DNA from: an uncultured Pseudomonadales bacterium
GTDB lineage: Bacteria > Patescibacteriota > Microgenomatia > UBA1400 > CAYXSR01
Direction of reading: 5' to 3'
DNA: 59,573 nt
Assembly (NCBI GenBank): GCA_964430265.1
Contig: CAYSEI010000001.1
Coordinates: forward strand, 1 to 59,573
The position numbers and the translations under genes are program-made. The notes beneath the pieces are model-generated. The model worked only from the letters and a program-made list of their open reading frames with translations, made no database searches and was not told the DNA's origin. Positions 54,613 to 59,573 of the stretch are shown piece after piece. Position 1 is the first letter of the stretch. Each line of letters begins with the position of its first letter.

Positions 54613-55623
54613 ATGTTTTCAAAGAAAGTTGGTATTGATCTTGGTACTGCTAACAGCATTGTATATCTTCAGGGAGAAGGCATTGTTTTAAACGAACCTA
54701 CAGTGGTTGCAGTTACAGTGGGAAAAGACAAAGTAGTTGCAGTAGGAAATGAAGCAAAAGAAATGCTGGGAAGAACGCCTGACAATATTATTGCTTCCCG
54801 TCCCATGAAAGAAGGGGTAATTGCTGACTATAAGATTACTCAAGCAATGCTGCGATATTTTTTGCAAAGGGTTTGCGGTAAATCTTTTCTTTTTAAACCG
54901 GAAGTAATGGTGTGTATTCCTGCCGGATCAACTCAAGTTGAGAGAAGGGCAGTGGAAGATGCAACCCAGGCTGCAGGAGCAAAAACAGTGTATATCCTTC
55001 ATGAACCTTTGGCAGCTGCAATTGGCGCAGAGATTCCGATTGCCGAAGCTTCTGGAAACATGATTGTTGACATTGGCGGCGGAGCAACAGAAGCAGCGGT
55101 TATATCTCTTGGTGGTGTGGTTGTTTCCCAAAGCATCCGAGTGGGGGGAAACAAAATTGATGAAGCTATTGCCGGATATGTAAGGAATAAGCACAACTTA
55201 ATAATCGGTGAAAACACTGCTGAAAAAGCAAAAATACAAATAGGCTCGGCTACAAAAGAAAGCGGTAAAAATAATAAAAAAATGGAAATAAGGGGAAGAG
55301 ATAGTATTTCAGGCCTGCCGCGCAGGATTGAGATAGAGACAAATGACGTAGTTAAAGCAATTGATCGGCCAATGTCAAAAATTATTGGAGCAGTTAAAGA
55401 GGTTTTAGAAAGTATTCCGCCTGAACTTGCTAGTGATATTGTTGATAAGGGAATAGTGATGAGTGGAGGAACTTCTTTACTGCAGAACTTTGACAAATTG
55501 TTGAGTGAGGAAACCGGTGTTCCGTGTTATGTTGCGGAAAGTCCAATGTTTTGTGTTGCTAAAGGTTGCGGAATTGTGCTCGAGGACTTGGAAAAATACA
55601 AAAAAAGCGTTATTAAAACATAA
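54613..55623 (+). CDS. mreB: Rod-shape-determining actin homologue MreB
   Basis: 336 aa. VGIDLGTANSIVYLQGEGIVLNEPTVVAV...MIVDIGGGATEAAVISLGG. Confidence 0.95.
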   Translation: MFSKKVGIDLGTANSIVYLQGEGIVLNEPTVVAVTVGKDKVVAVGNEAKEMLGRTPDNIIASRPMKEGVIADYKITQAMLRYFLQRVCGKSFLFKPEVMVCIPAGSTQVERRAVEDATQAAGAKTVYILHEPLAAAIGAEIPIAEASGNMIVDIGGGATEAAVISLGGVVVSQSIRVGGNKIDEAIAGYVRNKHNLIIGENTAEKAKIQIGSATKESGKNNKKMEIRGRDSISGLPRRIEIETNDVVKAIDRPMSKIIGAVKEVLESIPPELASDIVDKGIVMSGGTSLLQNFDKLLSEETGVPCYVAESPMFCVAKGCGIVLEDLEKYKKSVIKT

Positions 55624-56086
55624 AAAACTCACTTATATACCTACAGAAAAAAGAGTCTATAACAAAATTATAGTAAATAAATATTTACTACCTTTATTAA
55701 ACTTCAAAAAATTACATATCTGTTAATACCTTTTTAAATTGGATACAAAATGTGTACAAAAACATGTATTTTTATAAATCTAGTTTTTTTGATAAGATCT
55801 TATAATAACTAAAAAGAGGATGACCCGAAAATGACCGTATACAAAATTTACAAATTTTGTTAAAAAAACATAAAAAATGTATAATTTAAACATCAAACAT
55901 ACATTGCAAAATGAAATCACGTTAAAAAATAATTAAAAAGTAATTAAAAAATGGACAAAAAGCTTAGCAGAAAGAATAGTAGAGTGCTATCTTGGGGCAC
56001 CTAAAAAATTCTTACTGATATTTAGGTGCAAATTTTGATGTTGATGTCTGATAATAAATATAAATGGTTGTTAAATTTAAAAAAGC

Positions 56087-56851
56087 ATGAAAAAACAAAA
56101 CAGGGGTAAGGAACAAATAAAAATCAACGGAGTCAAAATTAATTTTGTTCCTCTCAAAAAAGTACTTAAGCAGGTTTCAACTTGGTCAAAGTATAACAAA
56201 AAGCATCACATCACTACGCCCAATCCAGAGCAGATTATTATTGCACAAGAGGACAGGGAGTTTAAAAGGATAATTAATGACTCGGATTTATCAATTCCGG
56301 ACGGAATAGGTTTGGTTTTAACGGCAAGACTTAAAAATGGACTGTTTAATCCTTTATACAAAAGATTAAGCGGAGTAGATCTAATGCTTGCTTTGTGTGA
56401 TTTGGCAGAAAAAGAAAATTTAAAGGTTTTTTTGCTTGGCGGAAAAAATAATGTGGTCCAAAAAGCAAAAAAACAGTTGGAATTAAGCAACAAAGATTTG
56501 CAGGTTGGATATTTTAATGGTGCAGAGGAGATAAAAAAGGAAACAAAAAAAGAAAAAGCGATAACTATTAGGAAAATAAATGAGTTTAAACCAGATTTTC
56601 TTTTTGTTGCCTATGGAGCTCCGTTCCAGGAGAAATGGATTGCAGATAATTTAAAGGATTTGAATGTAAAGATTGCGATGGGAGTAGGTGGTGCATTTGA
56701 CTATATTGCCGGAAATATTAAGCGGGCGCCAGTTTGGGTAAGGAGAATAGGAATGGAATGGTTGTGGCGGCTTTTTTTACAGCCTTGGCGCTGGAAAAGG
56801 CAATTAAGATTGATTAGTTTTGTTAAACTATTCTTTCTGGATTCCCAGTAG
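56087..56851 (+). CDS. WecG/TagA/CpsF-family (GT26) glycosyltransferase
   Basis: 254 aa. HITTPNPEQIIIAQEDREFKRIINDSDLSIPDGIGLVL...APFQEKWI. Confidence 0.75.
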   Translation: MKKQNRGKEQIKINGVKINFVPLKKVLKQVSTWSKYNKKHHITTPNPEQIIIAQEDREFKRIINDSDLSIPDGIGLVLTARLKNGLFNPLYKRLSGVDLMLALCDLAEKENLKVFLLGGKNNVVQKAKKQLELSNKDLQVGYFNGAEEIKKETKKEKAITIRKINEFKPDFLFVAYGAPFQEKWIADNLKDLNVKIAMGVGGAFDYIAGNIKRAPVWVRRIGMEWLWRLFLQPWRWKRQLRLISFVKLFFLDSQ

Positions 56852-57322
56852 CCAAAGAACTGCTTCTTTTCGGTATCTTCTGTCTCCGCGTGAGTTAATC
56901 CTGATAGCAGGCAGCTTACCGCGCTTGCCCCAGCGCTTTACTGTCAGGGGTGAAACACGTAAGAGGTCGGCTACCTCGCGGACCGTTAACAAATCAGGTA
57001 GATTATCTAAAGAAACATCTTCTTCTTGTTTTTTTTGCGGGTAGCTTGTTTTTTGTCTGCTTTGTGTTTGTTCTTCATTAGCTTCTTCTTTTCTTTCTTT
57101 ATCAATCATCCCTTTTTCTTTTAAAAGCCATTCTACTGCCTCTTTACGATATCTTCTATCTCCGCGTGAGTTTATTCTGATAGCAGGAAGCTTGCCGCGC
57201 TTGCCCCAGCGTTTAATAGTAAGGGGAGTGACCCTAAAAAGTTCAGCAACTTCTTCAACTGTGAGTAAATCCGGAAGGTTGTCCAAAGAAACTTTGTTTT
57301 CGGAAGTGTTTTTTTGATTCAT
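56828..57322 (-). CDS. Tandem excisionase/MerR-type HTH protein (two near-identical DNA-binding repeats)
   Basis: 164 aa. VSLDNLPDLLTVEEVAELFRVTPLTIKRWGKRGKLPAIRINSRGDRRYRKEAVEWLL and VSLDNLPDLLTVREVADLLRVSPLTVKRWGKRGKLPAIRINSRGDRRYRKEAVLWLL, joined by an acidic/basic linker. Confidence 0.7.
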   Translation of the reverse strand: MNQKNTSENKVSLDNLPDLLTVEEVAELFRVTPLTIKRWGKRGKLPAIRINSRGDRRYRKEAVEWLLKEKGMIDKERKEEANEEQTQSRQKTSYPQKKQEEDVSLDNLPDLLTVREVADLLRVSPLTVKRWGKRGKLPAIRINSRGDRRYRKEAVLWLLGIQKE

Positions 57323-57602
57323 TACTTTATCCTTTGTTATATTTAGTATTTAAAAAAGTAGGTTAATATCCATCACAATATTAACTTTCATATATTAAAT
57401 CTATCACAGTGGTAAAAAACGTGTCAATAGTTAAAATTTGTTTTGACAAAAATATAATATGTTTATATGTCTAGTAATAAGATTTTGAATAATGGTATTA
57501 GTTGGATAAATAGTGGTTTAATTAAACATTTATTAAAATGAGAAAGAATGTAAAAAAGGAAAGAAAATATATATAGAAGTAAAAGTTTGAAGTAAATTGA
57601 GT

Positions 57603-57631
57603 AGAAAAATCCCACCCAAAAGGGTGGGATT
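57603..57631 (-). terminator. Intrinsic terminator after rplL
   Basis: Minus strand: AATCCCACCC TTTT GGGTGGGATT TTTCT. 10-bp stem, about 26 nt after the rplL stop. Confidence 0.75.
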
Positions 57632-57657
57632 CTAATACTTTTTACAATCTAAAAGAA

Positions 57658-58185
57658 TTACTTAAGAGTTACTGTAGCACCTGCTTCTTCTAAAACCTTT
57701 TTAGCTTCTTCAGCTTCTTCTTTTTCAGCTTTTTCAAGGATAATTTTAGGAGCACCTTCAACTAAGTCTTTAGCGTCTTTGAGCCCTAAACCTTGTTTTA
57801 CTTGTCTTACAGCTTTAATAACTGCGATTTTATTGCCGCCTGCGCCAGTCAACTCAACATCGTATTCGCTTTTTTCTTCAGCTTCTTCAGCTCCATTTCC
57901 GCCTGCTGCTTCTGCTGCTGGTGCAGCCATTTGCATAGCGCTTGCTGAAACACCGAACTTTTCTTCCAAAGCTTCTACGAGTTCAGAAAGTTCCAAAACT
58001 GAAAGTTCACTGATCTGGTCAATAATTTTTTCCAGTTTTTTTGAAACCTCAGGAGCTTTTTCTTCAGTTTTAGCTTCTTTTTTTGCTGGTTTTTTTTCAG
58101 TTTTTTTCTGCTCTTTTTTCTCGGTCTTTTTTACTTCCTTTTTCTCTTCTTTCTTTTTTGTATCTTTTTCTTTTTTCTTTGCCAT
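57658..58185 (-). CDS. rplL: Ribosomal protein L7/L12 with a ~48-aa Lys/Glu-rich N-terminal extension
   Basis: 175 aa. Core [19 protein letters not shown]...[31 protein letters not shown]...[10 protein letters not shown]. Extension [46 protein letters not shown]. Strong SD AGAGGAGGTGA 7 nt before the ATG at 58185. No in-frame ATG/GTG/TTG lies at the canonical position. Confidence 0.9.
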   Translation of the reverse strand: MAKKKEKDTKKKEEKKEVKKTEKKEQKKTEKKPAKKEAKTEEKAPEVSKKLEKIIDQISELSVLELSELVEALEEKFGVSASAMQMAAPAAEAAGGNGAEEAEEKSEYDVELTGAGGNKIAVIKAVRQVKQGLGLKDAKDLVEGAPKIILEKAEKEEAEEAKKVLEEAGATVTLK

Positions 58186-58227
58186 TTGTATTCACCTCCT
58201 CTTTTTATAAGTTAAAATATTTTCTAT

Positions 58228-58752
58228 TTAGTTAGCTGCTTTTGATTCTTTGATTTGTGATAGGACAACTGTCAGGTTTCTTAAATTTCCGTTTAAGGTA
58301 TTAACCAATCCGGATAGGGGAGAAGCAATCATTCCTACGGCTTTTGCTTGTAATTGTTCCAAACCCGGAAGCTGGGCTAATTTGATTGCCCGGTCCTTGT
58401 TAAGAAATTGCTTGTCTAAAAAGCCGGCTTTTAATTGAAGTTTTTCCTTATCTGTATCTTCTTTAAAGTTCCAAAGTGTTTTTAAGGGCTGGATTTCGTC
58501 TTCGTAAGCAAAAAGAGCAGCTGTGGGTCCGGAAAGTACTTTTTCAATCTCTGTTGAATCTTTTCCCAGCGCCAGTTTTATTAAGGAATTCTTGGCGACT
58601 TTGAAATCTCCGCCAGCCTCAACAATTTTTGAGCGGAGTTGGTTAATTTCGGAAACTGAGAGTCCGGAATAGTCACTGAAAAATACACTTTTGGCTTTTT
58701 TCAGCTTTTCTTTAAGTTCTTCTAATTGTTTGATATTTTTCTGACTTGGCAT
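58228..58752 (-). CDS. rplJ: Ribosomal protein L10
   Basis: 174 aa. Position directly upstream of rplL. ...VFFSDYSGLSVSEINQLRSKI... Confidence 0.85.
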   Translation of the reverse strand: MPSQKNIKQLEELKEKLKKAKSVFFSDYSGLSVSEINQLRSKIVEAGGDFKVAKNSLIKLALGKDSTEIEKVLSGPTAALFAYEDEIQPLKTLWNFKEDTDKEKLQLKAGFLDKQFLNKDRAIKLAQLPGLEQLQAKAVGMIASPLSGLVNTLNGNLRNLTVVLSQIKESKAAN

Positions 58753-58908
58753 TTTTTCCCTTTCTTAAAAACAAAAAAGCACTCCGAGGAGTGCTAAATA
58801 TATTAATTTAATTCACTTTTCTCCTCGGTAGGATTTATGTTTGCTTATTTACAAACACCTACTTTCTTAGGTTGAGTATATTTTACATCTCTGCTATATT
58901 AAAATCAA
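58753..58908 (-). promoter_or_regulatory. rplJ promoter plus leader with terminator/antiterminator alternative (L10-leader-like attenuator)
   Basis: Minus strand: TTGATT (58908-58903), 17-nt spacer, TAAAAT (58885-58880). Leader hairpin AGCACUC-CUCG-GAGUGCU followed by UUUUUUGUUUUU (58795-58766), immediately before SD AAGGGA and the ATG. Upstream CCGAGGAG (within ...AAUCCUACCGAGGAGAAAAG...) is complementary to CUCCUCGG of that hairpin. Confidence 0.5.
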
Positions 58909-58961
58909 GTATTTAAGGTAAATGTTTTAAATATTTCATATACAAAAGGAAGGATGTAAAA

Positions 58962-59573
58962 ATGATAAACGATACAGAAACTCCCAAAGGTATCAGCAGA
59001 CGTGAATTTTTAGCTGGTACAGGAGCTTTAGGACTTTCAGCATTATTATCCGCGTGCGGTTTGGAAAAAAGGGAATATCTAAAGGGTTATGAAGAGGTGG
59101 ATAACGGGAATAAATTGGAAGTTGTTTTTGATGACAGCCTGATTCAGGCTTTAAGGGATAAAGGAGTTAAGGTTGATTCACCTCAGCAGGAATTAGAAGT
59201 ACTGTATGATGACAAAAATACAGATGTTTTACGGATTCCCAGTGAGGGTATAAAGGAGTTTGATCCCACCCACTCTGAAGACGAACAAGGAAGAGCAAGG
59301 GTTTTTGGAGAAATTTCTGATCCGGAAAAAAGACTAAGCTATCTAAAAAAGAATCCGGATTTAGATAAAGACGTTTCTGTATGGAATACTGCAAGACCGC
59401 CGGTCAGTGATGCAAATCGTGATAAGGCTGGTCCTTTTATAAAAGAAAAAATTATAAGTGGAGCCGGAGTAGAAGAAACAACAGGCAGGGATACTCAAAT
59501 ATCGGAAAGGGAGAGGGTGGTTGGCATGCGGGTGATTACCTATAAAGGTGATATCTTAGGTGGGGGAAGTGTT
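58962..59573 (+). CDS. Putative Tat-exported lipoprotein (N-terminal 204 aa; continues beyond the window)
   Basis: Not in the track (no stop in the window). Hand translation: MINDTETPKGISRREFLAGTGALGLSALLSACGLEKREY..., stop-free to 59573. Twin-arginine motif SRREFL plus lipobox LSAC. Confidence 0.6.
   Translation, partial: MINDTETPKGISRREFLAGTGALGLSALLSACGLEKREYLKGYEEVDNGNKLEVVFDDSLIQALRDKGVKVDSPQQELEVLYDDKNTDVLRIPSEGIKEFDPTHSEDEQGRARVFGEISDPEKRLSYLKKNPDLDKDVSVWNTARPPVSDANRDKAGPFIKEKIISGAGVEETTGRDTQISERERVVGMRVITYKGDILGGGSV

Noticed and set aside
55624-56086. A 460-bp AT-rich spacer that might hold an ncRNA such as SRP RNA, RNase P RNA, tmRNA or 6S RNA.
   Set aside because: No conserved cores of these RNAs were seen, for example GAGGAAAGUCC or a tRNA-like tmRNA end. 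There is only one 9-bp hairpin (GCACCTAAA...TTTAGGTGC, about 55997-56030). That is insufficient for a call.
56820-57044. 74-aa plus-strand ORF after the GT26 gene.
   Set aside because: It lies antisense to the well-supported tandem-HTH gene, and its Ser/Arg-rich translation looks like a shadow ORF.

Overview
This is an AT-rich bacterial fragment with compact, mostly co-directional gene blocks. Its gene content and protein style look like a Patescibacteria/CPR-type monoderm; that assignment is inference, since no search was run.

Housekeeping genes: leuS, miaA, argS, ndk, mreB, rplJ-rplL, two rpoD-like sigma genes, dgkA-like, an M16 peptidase, and four tRNAs (Lys-CUU, Arg-UCU, Pro-CGG, Arg-CCU).

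Main accessory content:
1. A giant minus-strand gene fills 1-8749 (>2916 aa). It is absent from the ORF track because it runs off the window. It encodes an integrase-SAM-like N-domain, one TM helix and tail-fibre-like repeats.
2. An eight-gene minus-strand operon (10844-19602) encodes secreted or anchored proteins. Its layout recalls WxL/DUF916 surface-complex loci.
3. A DNA-uptake block contains comEA, a split comEC interrupted by tRNA-Lys and an antisense ORF, and four pseudopilins including a vWA-bearing one.
4. A clear T-box leader has its terminator abutting a tRNA-Arg(UCU) gene. An unassigned radical-SAM protein, a HisC-like aminotransferase and argS follow.
5. A GC-rich DUF11-type cassette sits behind a long structured leader.
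6. A leaderless 1823-aa fusion of an M48 peptidase and an ABC1/UbiB-like kinase is followed by tandem sigma-70 paralogues.

I saw no CRISPR array, rRNA, transposase or reverse transcriptase. All functional calls rest on motifs read by eye. No database search was run.
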